DNA of 64,000 bases from assembly GCA_965242725.1 (NCBI GenBank), contig CBDESZ010000027.1:1-64000 (forward strand). Reading direction: 5' to 3'. A model generated the notes under the pieces. That model was not told the origin of the DNA, ran no database searches, and saw nothing but the letters and a program-made list of their open reading frames with translations. This DNA comes from Alkalispirochaeta sp. (GTDB taxonomy: Bacteria; Spirochaetota; Spirochaetia; DSM-27196; Alkalispirochaetaceae). A program made the position numbers and the translations under genes. Below are positions 41,777 to 51,649 of the stretch, one piece after another (position 1 is the first letter of the stretch; each line of letters opens with the position of its first letter).

Positions 41777-43348
41777 CTACGAACCGCTCCCTTGCAAGAA
41801 ATTAATGTGCCGATCCTGTGTCACAAGCAGTACACGGCGGTCATCCTTGAGTTCTGCAAGGAGCCGCTCCCCTGTGCCTCCGTCAACCGTGACGCGTACA
41901 TACATACCATCGCGGACACGCAGGCGATCCAGTACCTGTATCTCTTTCCCCGTGAGAATGGCGTCAACATCTGTTTCTCCGGGAACGATGATAATGAGTC
42001 TGTCCGGGCCGTCGGGATTCCACGTCACATCTGCCTTTGCCCGTGCATACTCCTCCAGCTTCTCCTGCGACGGCTGCTGAGGAGCAACGGTCCCGTCGGT
42101 GGTTCCTGATGAGGCGGAAAAGCGTCCGTAAGGCTTTGTAATCGCACGTTCAAGCGCGGCTTCCATATTGATCAAGCCGTATCCGTATTCCCGGTCCCAC
42201 CCCGATTCACCGAGATCAACGGCGGTATCCCTGAGAATTTTCCGTACTTCTTCTGCTGTGAGGTAGGGGTTGGCACTCCGCACCAATGCCGCCGCCGCGG
42301 CGACGAGTGGTGCGGCCATTGAGGTACCTGCCTCCGCGGCGTACCCATATTCCCTGGTCGCGGAAAGAAAGTATGTACTGACCATTCCGGTTATTGGATC
42401 ACCGTCTGAAGTCCGTGCACCCGGCGCGACCAGGTCCAGTTCCGGCCCATAATCGGAAAAGACTGAACGTTCCTCATCCTCATCGACGGAGCCGACGGCA
42501 ATGACCTCCGGAAATCGGGCAGGATAGTCGATGCCTCCGTCCTGACCTTCATTCACGAGAGGCGGTGGGCGATCGACACCGTTTCCCGCCGCGGCAACCA
42601 TCACGGTATCCCGGTCTGCCGCGGATAGGACGGCGATTTCAAGTACCAGCAGTTCCGCTTCACTCAGCCCTTCATCACCTCCCAGACTCATATTGATGAC
42701 GGGCGATAGGCGCTGCGCGACGATTCCTCTTCCGGTGTCTGCTCCCGCCGCGTAGAGAATGGATGCGGCGATATCACTTACATACCCCGCCATTCCTCCG
42801 TTCAGGGTCGGGCTGAGGGCGACGACCGGACGGATTTCCACCATCGGGCCGGGCCAGCCGTTGTAGGATGCACCGGAAATTCCAAGGCCGTTTCCCCCGA
42901 CCGCGGCGATGAGACCGCTGACGTGAGTGCCGTGCGCGCTATGGGTGGTTTCCATATTTTCCGGAGGGATACCGTAGGGCAGTGGTTCTGCGGAGCCTCC
43001 GACGAAGTTCGCACCGTCTCCGGACATCACGGCCGCCAGATCGGGGTGCCCCGCAACAATGCCGCCGTCGATCACCGAGACGACAACTTTTCTCATATCC
43101 CGGGCGGCATAGGATATTCGCATCTGTCCCTCAAAGAACCCCCAGGCGCCGGGTGCGTTGATCGTCCGGAGATACCATTGACTGTCATCGACGTCGTTGT
43201 AGAACGTATCATTCGGAGATACGCTGACCTGAGAAGGAACCTCCACGGACTGGGAGGAAAAGGGGCCGTTGCTGCATGACACGGCCAATACAAGCATGCC
43301 TGCGATCGGGAAGAAAGGACGGCAGAAATTGCACCAACGGCGCCTCAT
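41777..43348 (-). CDS. S8 (subtilisin-like) serine peptidase, probable lipoprotein
   Basis: Catalytic triad motifs VIDGG, HGTHVSG, GTSMAAP; AAAGN oxyanion; lipobox-like LAVSC. Confidence 0.9.
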   Translation of the reverse strand: MRRRWCNFCRPFFPIAGMLVLAVSCSNGPFSSQSVEVPSQVSVSPNDTFYNDVDDSQWYLRTINAPGAWGFFEGQMRISYAARDMRKVVVSVIDGGIVAGHPDLAAVMSGDGANFVGGSAEPLPYGIPPENMETTHSAHGTHVSGLIAAVGGNGLGISGASYNGWPGPMVEIRPVVALSPTLNGGMAGYVSDIAASILYAAGADTGRGIVAQRLSPVINMSLGGDEGLSEAELLVLEIAVLSAADRDTVMVAAAGNGVDRPPPLVNEGQDGGIDYPARFPEVIAVGSVDEDEERSVFSDYGPELDLVAPGARTSDGDPITGMVSTYFLSATREYGYAAEAGTSMAAPLVAAAAALVRSANPYLTAEEVRKILRDTAVDLGESGWDREYGYGLINMEAALERAITKPYGRFSASSGTTDGTVAPQQPSQEKLEEYARAKADVTWNPDGPDRLIIIVPGETDVDAILTGKEIQVLDRLRVRDGMYVRVTVDGGTGERLLAELKDDRRVLLVTQDRHINFLQGSGS

Positions 43349-43392
43349 GTACCTACTGTACCCGCAAAGTCCGTGGAAATCCACGATGAGGA

Positions 43393-44652
43393 CTAGTTTT
43401 CCAGAATCGTAATTTCAACCCGACGGTTTCGACGTCGCCCCTCTTCCGTCCCGTTATCGGCAATCGGCTCCTGCGCCCCCCTGCCCTGTGTCATGATGCC
43501 GTCACGTCGGCGCACACCGAGGGAGAGCAGAAACTCCGCAACGGCGGTCGCCCGTTCCTGACTCAATCGCATCCGTCCCTCCACCGTTCCCGCCATTGCC
43601 GTGTGACCGGTGATGAGAAGGTCACGATCGGGATGACGGGATAGAATCCGGGCGAGCCATTGCAGTTTCTCCCGCTCGGAATCAAGCAGCTCCGCGGAAT
43701 CCGGGGCAAACCGTATATTTTCAATTGATACGACGACCCCTTCATCGTCGGAGCGGACGGTGGTATCCCGAATCCCGTCATCTTCGATCGCCTGCTGAAT
43801 GTCGTCCCTCAATCGGTTGCGATCGAGGGGAGGTGCGGACACGACTTTTCCGTCGGCGCTCCCCCGGTACTCGCTTCGCGTTCCATCGGCAAGCTGAATA
43901 AAGAGGTTGTAGTCCTCCCGGTAGAAATGGGGACGGCCGGCGATGTAGTCCCAGTACAGTTCCTGGGAAAAGCGTGCCGTCATGAGCCGGATCGCGCCCG
44001 CTTCAGGCGCATCCGGAGCCGGCCGGTGGAAGAGATTGTATGCTATCGCGAATACGTCATACCTCCGCCCCTCAAACTCCGTCTGACCGGTGTACGTGTA
44101 CTGTACCTCTACCGGTATAACCAACGGCTCCTGGAGCCCGATTCCCTCTCTCAGGTCGTACACCTCAAAGGCTTGCGCCGTCCAATTGTCTCCCGGCGCT
44201 ATCGGTCGGTCGGGAAAGACGGGAATGTTGCGTACCTGCGGAACAAAGGAACCCCGGGGGACTTCCTGACGTCCTGAAGCGTCCTGGGAGAACTCCACCT
44301 CATACTCCCGCTCAAGGGTAAATACATGATCCTCGAGTTCCGATTCCTCGGAGACCTGGTATCGCGCCCGTATCGTCCCGACGGTCGCCGGTGATTCCGA
44401 CGCAGCCCCGTCGTCGTCGACATCGAGAACCGTTATCAGAACGCGGGTGAGTACTTCCGCCGTGCCGACTTCACGTCCGTTTATCGAAAGAATCTGATTG
44501 TTGACTCCTACGATTCGATACTCTTCGTCCTGCCGGTAACGGTGAACGAAGACACGTCCCTCCTGGGCCCGGAGGATATCCAATCCACCGATATCGGTGA
44601 ATGCCAGGACCGTGATCATGACAAATAACGTTACCGCTCCCTTTCGCTTCAT
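43393..44652 (-). CDS. OmpA/MotB C-terminal domain protein
   Basis: Signal peptide; IRFAPDSAEL, ITGHTA, LSQERA, NRRVEITI. Confidence 0.88.
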   Translation of the reverse strand: MKRKGAVTLFVMITVLAFTDIGGLDILRAQEGRVFVHRYRQDEEYRIVGVNNQILSINGREVGTAEVLTRVLITVLDVDDDGAASESPATVGTIRARYQVSEESELEDHVFTLEREYEVEFSQDASGRQEVPRGSFVPQVRNIPVFPDRPIAPGDNWTAQAFEVYDLREGIGLQEPLVIPVEVQYTYTGQTEFEGRRYDVFAIAYNLFHRPAPDAPEAGAIRLMTARFSQELYWDYIAGRPHFYREDYNLFIQLADGTRSEYRGSADGKVVSAPPLDRNRLRDDIQQAIEDDGIRDTTVRSDDEGVVVSIENIRFAPDSAELLDSEREKLQWLARILSRHPDRDLLITGHTAMAGTVEGRMRLSQERATAVAEFLLSLGVRRRDGIMTQGRGAQEPIADNGTEEGRRRNRRVEITILEN

Positions 44653-44734
44653 AGGTCAAATATCGACGGCGTCCCGTGTTTCTTGATGTTCCCCTTTCTT
44701 GACAAAGGTCTAGGCCGTTCTTACGATGCCTCCG

Positions 44735-45766
44735 GTGAGTCGCAAACAAGTGAGCAAACACAGAGGGATCACTCTTCCGGGATGGGTCATTCGACGCCGG
44801 TCGGGTCTCCTGATCGTCGGGGACGATTTTCCACAGACATTGTCCGAAAAGGATCTGGCGAAACTCATCGTTCGGAACGTCGACCGGAACAGGGGCGATG
44901 CCGGAGAAGGCCCAACAATTATTCAAGTGGCAGCCCAGACCGAAGACGAGTTGAGCCGTCCGAAATCCGCTCTCTGGACATCGACGCCGGCGCGGATTAT
45001 CGACCTTTTGCGCCGGAGCGACATCGACCTTTCGGGGGTGCGCTGTGTCGTGACGCGCCTTCCGTCACATGATAGACTGGCCTTTTCGGCGGATATCGGG
45101 TTTATAATGTCCAAGTTTGAAAAGCCGCCACAGGTGGTTCTGATTTGCGATTCCCCACCGTCGGTGGAAGTCATGGAGCGGATACCGGTCAATCTCCGGC
45201 GAATCGAAGATCTCCGCAATAACGCTATGGTACAACAGAAAGGGAGCGATACAATGGCACGTTCAGACGAGCAATACATTAAAGATTATGAAGAACTTGA
45301 GGAAAAGGTTGCCGACATCGTCCGTCGCATCCATGAAGATGAAGATCCTCATGAAATGAACGAGTATAAGCGCTTCATCAAAAAGCATGTTTCGGTCTTC
45401 AGCCGCGCCTATTTTACCGCCTATCTGGTGAAACAGTTTGTCGACGGTAATACGGAACGAAGACCGCGCAAATCGTCGACCCGCAAGGATGAACCGACGG
45501 TCGGAAACGTCGCGCCTGAAGACCGTCAGACTCTCTTTGTAAGCGTCGGGAAAAACCGCCGGGTATATCCCAAGGACTTTGTCGCCCTCTTTGCCGAGCT
45601 TGACGGCGTCGAAGGTGACGACATCGGACAGATAAAGATTCTCGACAACTACTCTTTCATAGAGGTGGAAGAGACGGTTGCGGATAAAATCATAGCCGCC
45701 TATGACGGATACGATTTCCGGGGGCGCAAGCTGACCGTCAATTACGCCCGCAATAAAAAAGACTGA
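44735..45766 (+). CDS. DbpA RNA-binding domain protein with degenerate DEAD-like N-terminus
   Basis: C-terminal LFVSVGKNRRVYPKD...IGQIKILDNYSFIEV...FRGRKLTVNYA; promoter TTGACA-N17-TACGAT suggests a start at GTG 44735 (the ORF track uses 44726). Confidence 0.8.
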   Translation: MSRKQVSKHRGITLPGWVIRRRSGLLIVGDDFPQTLSEKDLAKLIVRNVDRNRGDAGEGPTIIQVAAQTEDELSRPKSALWTSTPARIIDLLRRSDIDLSGVRCVVTRLPSHDRLAFSADIGFIMSKFEKPPQVVLICDSPPSVEVMERIPVNLRRIEDLRNNAMVQQKGSDTMARSDEQYIKDYEELEEKVADIVRRIHEDEDPHEMNEYKRFIKKHVSVFSRAYFTAYLVKQFVDGNTERRPRKSSTRKDEPTVGNVAPEDRQTLFVSVGKNRRVYPKDFVALFAELDGVEGDDIGQIKILDNYSFIEVEETVADKIIAAYDGYDFRGRKLTVNYARNKKD

Positions 45767-45768
45767 TA

Positions 45769-46704
45769 TCAGCGAAGCAGGACGGCGAGTACCACCGCGG
45801 CTATGAAGCCGTTTGCGACCATTCCCGCTATCAGAACGAAAAGTGCCGCCAGCTCATGCACGGCGGCCTCGGTGGTGTGACGTTTCCACGCCGCGAGCTG
45901 TCTGGTCTCCAACCGTTGTTGGAGCAGCAACATATCCCGGGTGGCTCGTATGCGTCGCCCCTTGCGCCACAGGCGGCGATAGGCGTAGTACCCAAGAACA
46001 CCCGGGGGAAAGAGCGGCAGCAGAGGAATGATAGCCGCGACGACTCCCACTAGTGCGTAAAGGCGATTTTCTCCAAATACCTGCATGACCCATAACAGTT
46101 CGGCCAGAAAGCCCACGATCAACGATACCGGCGTTATGTGATTCCAGTACTCATTACGCTGTCTTCCGGTCCACATTGCCCGGTGAAGAACGATGTTGTC
46201 GGGGCAATCGTACATGATGACCAGTGGTGGTTCCTTGTCCCCCGACCACGAAGAAAACGTCAGCGTTCCGTTGATTCGTCGGGGTACGCCGGCTACAAAA
46301 AAACGGCTCCCTTCAACTAGGGCGGTCATTTCCTTCCACATGACGATTCTCGGCGTCGCATCGGGCGGGGAAGCGTCCGCTGACGGAGACTGGGGAAGGA
46401 GAAAAATGGGGATTTCCTCGAGGTTGAGCATCACCGACACGCCGTGAGAGCCGAGCCATATTCCGCTCTGTCCCTGAATCCCCTCGAGGCGGCCGAAGAA
46501 TAGCGCCGGTGAGGTGGTTTCTCCGTCGTCATGTATGTGGTGAGCCGACTGATAGTCAAGCACCGTGAAGGACTGTGCCTCCCCCACCTTCCGACGGAAC
46601 GTCCTCCACCGATGACGTACGGCGAACGCACCCCCCAGGGGGATGATAATGAAGAAAACGAAAGCCGGCAGTAGACCGATCAGTATGTCGTTATTAAATC
46701 CCAT
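45769..46704 (-). CDS. Hypothetical membrane protein
   Basis: 311-aa ORF with an N-terminal TM and several C-terminal TM segments; RQRNEYWN motif. Confidence 0.7.
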   Translation of the reverse strand: MGFNNDILIGLLPAFVFFIIIPLGGAFAVRHRWRTFRRKVGEAQSFTVLDYQSAHHIHDDGETTSPALFFGRLEGIQGQSGIWLGSHGVSVMLNLEEIPIFLLPQSPSADASPPDATPRIVMWKEMTALVEGSRFFVAGVPRRINGTLTFSSWSGDKEPPLVIMYDCPDNIVLHRAMWTGRQRNEYWNHITPVSLIVGFLAELLWVMQVFGENRLYALVGVVAAIIPLLPLFPPGVLGYYAYRRLWRKGRRIRATRDMLLLQQRLETRQLAAWKRHTTEAAVHELAALFVLIAGMVANGFIAAVVLAVLLR

Positions 46705-46742
46705 TCTTGCTGATCCTTAAAAACTCGGCTATTTTAATGGTA

Positions 46743-47429
46743 ATGCTCATAGATCGAATTATCGTCGGGACAATGCACACGAACGCGTATATTGTGTCCA
46801 CAGGAAAGAAGGAATGTATCATCATCGACCCAGGTGACGAAAGTGAAACGCTCATTCGCCGTCTGGAAGCGATGAATCTTCTTCCCCTCGCCATAGTCTA
46901 TACCCACGGTCACATCGACCACACATCGGCAACACAGGATATTCTAGACCACTATGCGGAGCGGGACCACCACATTGCCGTGGGAATTCATCGGGAAGAC
47001 GCGGCATTCCTTGGTGCCACGGCGGAACAGAAAAACAGGGACTTTTTTGAGGTCTTTGGAGAACCGGGCCTCAAAGCGCTGCACTCCTACGACGCACGCA
47101 TTCCCGCACCGGAGTTTTTCTACGAAGAAGGTGACACGATTCTCGATTCCGATATCGTGGTCATGCATACACCGGGCCACAGCTCAGGGAGCACCTGTTT
47201 CTACAGCGAGCCCCGGGAGGCGCTGTTTACCGGAGACACCCTTTTCTTCAATACCATCGGCAGGACCGATTTTCCGTCGGGGAAGCCGGACCTCCTGGAA
47301 CACTCGGTTACCCAGCGATTGTTTACACTCCCCGGTCAGACGCGCATCTTTCCGGGCCATGGACCGTTGAGTACCGTTGAACGGGAAGTGATGAATAATC
47401 CCCTCGTCAGTGAAGGCGCGACGGTGTGA
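46743..47429 (+). CDS. MBL-fold metallo-hydrolase (glyoxalase II-like)
   Basis: THGHIDH, HTPGHS, FTGDTLF, GRTDFP, PGHG. Confidence 0.9.
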   Translation: MLIDRIIVGTMHTNAYIVSTGKKECIIIDPGDESETLIRRLEAMNLLPLAIVYTHGHIDHTSATQDILDHYAERDHHIAVGIHREDAAFLGATAEQKNRDFFEVFGEPGLKALHSYDARIPAPEFFYEEGDTILDSDIVVMHTPGHSSGSTCFYSEPREALFTGDTLFFNTIGRTDFPSGKPDLLEHSVTQRLFTLPGQTRIFPGHGPLSTVEREVMNNPLVSEGATV

Positions 47430-47483
47430 CGAACGGCACCTGTTGCCCCTTCGCACAGGGAGCTTAAAGCGCGGGTACCGGGA

Positions 47484-47861
47484 TTACGCCGTCATGTCGA
47501 GGAGCAATCCCTCTGCGGGAATCCCATACCGAAATGAACCGCTTTGAATATCCTCCACGATGCGTCGCGCAGCCTCTTCCATGATTGATTGCTGATGCTC
47601 CAGGGGGTCTTTTCCCGTATCCGGAGTGAGATCCTGTTGCATATTGGCGATACGTGTGAGGAGTGAATCTATGGCTTTGAGCCGGGATATGGAGTACCCC
47701 CCGGTACCCGGAGGCGAGGGAACGGCATTGATGTGGTCCAGTCGTGCATAGACCGTTCCCTCGACCGGCAACGCAACCCGTCCTTCCGATAGACGCGCCC
47801 GCACAAGATCGGTAATGGGAATGGTGCCGTTTGTTCGAATTGAAATGATATTCCCTTCCAT
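47484..47861 (-). CDS. Hypothetical protein
   Basis: 125-aa ORF with SD GGAGG and a sigma28-like promoter TAAT-N16-GCCGATAC. Confidence 0.7.
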   Translation of the reverse strand: MEGNIISIRTNGTIPITDLVRARLSEGRVALPVEGTVYARLDHINAVPSPPGTGGYSISRLKAIDSLLTRIANMQQDLTPDTGKDPLEHQQSIMEEAARRIVEDIQSGSFRYGIPAEGLLLDMTA

Positions 47862-47915
47862 GTACCGCCTCCACTTGATAGTATCGGCAGGTACACGTCG
47901 GGGAATTATACTCTC

Positions 47916-48272
47916 CTATCTGTTTCGTCGTTCCAGTTCGTTCTGGTATTCAACGCGATACAGAGCGTAGGGAATTGCCTCGAGTCGTTCCTTTGGAATC
48001 TCCAGACCGCTCTTGAGGCAGATACCGTATTTACCGTTTTCTATCCGTCCAAGGGCCGATTCTATCAACCGCAACTTCTTCAGTTCCTGAGCCCCGAGGG
48101 CGCTGAGCAGTTTTTTGTCGATATCCGTGCTGGCGACATCCACAAGATCCTTGGTATCGCTGGAACCTGCCATCGAACGGAACTCTTCGTCTTCCGCGAC
48201 TAATTGCCTGAGAATATCGGCTTTCATCTCTTCCAGTCGGGTTTTCATCTTTTCTACAAATTCTTTATCCAT
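47916..48272 (-). CDS. dksA: DksA/TraR family transcription factor
   Basis: Coiled-coil tip DLVDVA, IESALGRIENGKYGIC, IPKERLEAIPYA. Confidence 0.88.
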   Translation of the reverse strand: MDKEFVEKMKTRLEEMKADILRQLVAEDEEFRSMAGSSDTKDLVDVASTDIDKKLLSALGAQELKKLRLIESALGRIENGKYGICLKSGLEIPKERLEAIPYALYRVEYQNELERRNR

Positions 48273-48415
48273 TGTGTCGTCTCCACGGTGCCAAAAAGTC
48301 CCATGAAATTTAGACGAAGTTTGAAAAAAGTCAAGGGATTTCTATGAATTATTCCAACGTTGACATTCAACGCCCATGCAACATACCATACCAATACACT
48401 TCACAAGGAGGATCT

Positions 48416-48634
48416 GTGGCAAAAGAAGAGGCAATCGAAGTAGAAGGTGTGGTCAAAGAATCACTCCCCAATACGATGTTCCGCGTAGAGTTGAAGAACG
48501 GACACGTTATTCTCACCCACCTGTCGGGCAAGATGCGGAAGCATTACATCAGGATTGTACCGGGTGATCGAGTGAAAGTTGCCCTTTCACCGTATGATTT
48601 GTCACGAGGCCGGATTATCTATCGCGAACGCTGA
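48416..48634 (+). CDS. infA: Translation initiation factor IF-1
   Basis: GTG start after [17 protein letters not shown]...LPNTMFRV...SGKMR...[13 protein letters not shown]. Confidence 0.97.
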   Translation: MAKEEAIEVEGVVKESLPNTMFRVELKNGHVILTHLSGKMRKHYIRIVPGDRVKVALSPYDLSRGRIIYRER

Positions 48635-49002
48635 CGGATAACCGCCCACGTAGCGCCCCGACCACCATCCTTTATTCCAGGATTACCTGTAGCCCCCACA
48701 CAGGGGTTCATTTCAAGATAGCTCTGAACCATGCTTCGCAGCGGGGATGGTGCGGTCAGGGTCTGCCCTTTTCCATGAACGATCAGCACTTTTTTTCGTC
48801 CACTTTTGACCGCGTCGTGAATAAACCGATCCAGCGCGTCCCTCCCGTCCTGTACCGTAAAGCCGTGAAGATCCAGCGTCGCTTCGACCGGTAGTCTTGC
48901 CGGGGCAATATGGTCCCGTCCAGGAGCGTCCTTTTCGCGGGCGACGTCCGGCTGCTCCGGCGGCGGATATCGCCGAAGATAGTCATCCATAGACGGCGTC
49001 AA
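48619..49002 (-). CDS. Smr/MutS2 domain protein
   Basis: [22 protein letters not shown]. Confidence 0.88.
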   Translation of the reverse strand: MTPSMDDYLRRYPPPEQPDVAREKDAPGRDHIAPARLPVEATLDLHGFTVQDGRDALDRFIHDAVKSGRKKVLIVHGKGQTLTAPSPLRSMVQSYLEMNPCVGATGNPGIKDGGRGATWAVIRQRSR

Positions 49003-51029
49003 TGATCGGCTCCCGTGCCCGGCGTTCTGACCAGGTCCCGGGGAACCCAGCCATTGGTTCCCGTCTGATTGTAGACGAGGTAGAAGTCCTCATACTCAAG
49101 CTCGATTCGTACCGCCTGTGCTTCCGCAAGCCTGATCCACGGCACCGCACCGGAATCGGGGATTCGGCGGAGGTGAACCGCTTCCTCCACCACACCTTCC
49201 CGCTGATTGTCGAGATTCAGCGACCAGACATACCCGGCAAAGGTAACGACCATAACCATGCCGATACCGACGAGACCGATCGTTGTACGCAGACGGTGTC
49301 GGAAGAACAGCAGTATCCAGAACACGGTCCACAATCCGATCAACATGACGATGAATACATCGGGGCGAAGATATCGCGGAACCGGAATCTGCTCCTCCAT
49401 CCCGAAGTATGCCTCCGCCTCCGCCAGGGCGAGACGAAAATCGTCCCGTTCCGGAGCGAGTCGCAACGCCCTCCGGAGGTGATAAATTGTAAGTACCGGA
49501 CGTTCAAGCCTGAGGCTCAGGACTCCCCTGTTGTAGTGAACTCCGCCGTGCCACTCATTTTCAGAAAGTTCCAGGTCGTATAACACCGCCGCCACGGCGA
49601 TTCGCCCGTCGTCAATGAGACGCTGCGCTTTTTCAAGCCTTTCAATCGACAATTGGGGAACGATCGCCGCTGCGAAAAACAGCGGTAAAAAACCTATGAG
49701 TGTCGCCGATTTTCGCCTTTTTGCGGATTCGTTTGACGGACGGCGAACGGACCACAACGCTGCCGCGGAAAACACGAGCGGTCCCAGGAGAAAGAAATAG
49801 TAAACCCAGGACACTTGACCGAGCCGTATCCATCGGGGGCTTGTCAATTGTTCCAAGGTGAGCAACGGCAGATCGGGAATCCTCTGTTCTTCTTCCTCGG
49901 CCGTCGGCCCGCCCCGAACCTCTATTTCAAATCTTCTTGGAGAGACCCGGCCAAGCTCGTTGCGGAGAGGATCATAGAACGCATAGGAGCCGATGGTTAC
50001 AGACGCCGCTCCGTCCTGAGCATCCACTTCGTACCTGATCGTACGGCGGCGGACGCCACTGTAACCACCCGCTTCGGCCGCACCGGTTCCTACCGACGAG
50101 GTCTCGCTGCGATCAACTTCGACCAGTCCTTCAACGGTCACGACCGGGAAGTCGGCAACCGGCAAATTCCCCGTTCCTTCCAGGGCAACCGTCAACGTCA
50201 CAATGTCACCCTGGGTCGCCTGATTGTGTGAAAGGCTTGGTTGTATTTCAAATGAACCTATCGCGTTAGAAGCGGTGACTGCCGTCGGGATCGGATCAAC
50301 CTGGAGGGTATGACGGGGTGCGGTCACCGACATCCCCGCAGCCTGTACCGATGCTTCCGGTATCGTTATTTCTCCGCTGGCCGCGGGGGTGAAGAAAAAC
50401 CCGGCAACGGGAATATCGTATACCGTGACATCTCCTATCGTCCGGCTCTGTACCGCGCCCAGACCCGCTACCTCTTCAAACAGTCCCGTCTCCGGGGCGC
50501 GGAACGAGATCTCTTCAGGGAAGTGGTAATCCGCCGCACCGGTAATTTCGAGAAGGACCGGAACCGTCTGGCTCTGTACGGCCCGTGACGTCAGAACTGT
50601 CCAGCGCGCCCGAAATGGAATGACTCCATCCCGTTCCGCGGAAACGACCACCGGTTCAACCTCCCTGGAACCGTCGGCGGAGACGACCTGGATTCCCTCC
50701 AGAATGTAACGCCCCGCTTCCTGTACCCGCAGGGGTATCCTCACTTCCCGGGGACCGAATCCGCGGGAAACGAGCGTCGGATCTCCCGCTCCGGTGATTC
50801 CGCGAGGCAACCCGGGGAAAATGACTTCAATCTGTTCCGGCGCCTCTTCATCAAGGGATATGCGCAGCTCCACCGTATCCCCCACCGACACCTCACGATG
50901 GAGAGAGTCCATGACGGGGAAATAGGAACTCCCGCCGATCTCCCCTTCCACCGCTTCCTGGGCGTGGAGGGTGATTGGGAGTACCGTAGACATGACCGCG
51001 CACAGAAGGGTCAGACTCCTGTATTTCAT
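48999..51029 (-). CDS. batD: BatD-like protein with C-terminal BatE-like TPR/TM/SH3 region
   Basis: Signal peptide, Ig-like repeats (AIGSFEI, LEGTGNLP), TPR, TMs, SH3-like NGWVP end; TGATG coupling to the upstream gene. Confidence 0.75.
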   Translation of the reverse strand: MKYRSLTLLCAVMSTVLPITLHAQEAVEGEIGGSSYFPVMDSLHREVSVGDTVELRISLDEEAPEQIEVIFPGLPRGITGAGDPTLVSRGFGPREVRIPLRVQEAGRYILEGIQVVSADGSREVEPVVVSAERDGVIPFRARWTVLTSRAVQSQTVPVLLEITGAADYHFPEEISFRAPETGLFEEVAGLGAVQSRTIGDVTVYDIPVAGFFFTPAASGEITIPEASVQAAGMSVTAPRHTLQVDPIPTAVTASNAIGSFEIQPSLSHNQATQGDIVTLTVALEGTGNLPVADFPVVTVEGLVEVDRSETSSVGTGAAEAGGYSGVRRRTIRYEVDAQDGAASVTIGSYAFYDPLRNELGRVSPRRFEIEVRGGPTAEEEEQRIPDLPLLTLEQLTSPRWIRLGQVSWVYYFFLLGPLVFSAAALWSVRRPSNESAKRRKSATLIGFLPLFFAAAIVPQLSIERLEKAQRLIDDGRIAVAAVLYDLELSENEWHGGVHYNRGVLSLRLERPVLTIYHLRRALRLAPERDDFRLALAEAEAYFGMEEQIPVPRYLRPDVFIVMLIGLWTVFWILLFFRHRLRTTIGLVGIGMVMVVTFAGYVWSLNLDNQREGVVEEAVHLRRIPDSGAVPWIRLAEAQAVRIELEYEDFYLVYNQTGTNGWVPRDLVRTPGTGADH

Positions 51030-51649
51030 CACCAGTCTCGAGCCTCCCATTGACCGTCCTGTTCCGCATTGGCACGCCACCGCTGTTCTTCTTTCCGTCG
51101 GACATAGTCAAGCATACGCGTCGCCGTCGATTCAGGTGTCTGCGACTGATCACTCCCGTCATCAGAGCCGGACATTCCGTCTCTGGTGAGACCCGCCCCC
51201 GACTCGATGCGCTCGAGGGTCGTCTCGAAATTGCGTTTTGCGTCCATGCTGGATGGGTTTACGGTCAGGGCAAATCGAAACTGCGCCAACGCATCCTCGT
51301 AGCGACCCTGCTCAAAGAGATAGACCCCCCGGTTGAAAGCGGCACCGAACTGGAGATCTCTGACATCGACATTCTGCGCACGGTTCCACTGTTCTACCGC
51401 CGCTTCCGCTTCTCCGAGAAAGTGATAGACGTTTCCGAGGTTATATGCGATCCACGGATCGTACTCCGACTCGCCCCGGGCTCGCAGATAGTCGACGATT
51501 GCCATCTGGTAGTCTCCGCGGCTGACATTGTAGTTGCCCCGTATGACCCGCAGCTGGGGTATTTCCTGTCCGCACGACGTCAGGATCGCCAGGAAGAGAA
51601 TGAACAGCCCCGTCTTCATTGTCGTGTCAATCAGCCTTGCGCCTTTCAT
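51029..51649 (-). CDS. batC: TPR lipoprotein, BatC-like
   Basis: YNLGN, FNRG, DAKRNFE, C-terminal RDW; position in the Bat operon. Confidence 0.75.
   Translation of the reverse strand: MKGARLIDTTMKTGLFILFLAILTSCGQEIPQLRVIRGNYNVSRGDYQMAIVDYLRARGESEYDPWIAYNLGNVYHFLGEAEAAVEQWNRAQNVDVRDLQFGAAFNRGVYLFEQGRYEDALAQFRFALTVNPSSMDAKRNFETTLERIESGAGLTRDGMSGSDDGSDQSQTPESTATRMLDYVRRKEEQRWRANAEQDGQWEARDW

Noticed and set aside
41734..41790. Sigma28 promoter for the MCP gene (and the ACCGATAC site before the TPR gene)
   Set aside because: Only a partial -10 match (GTCGATTT) with no convincing -35
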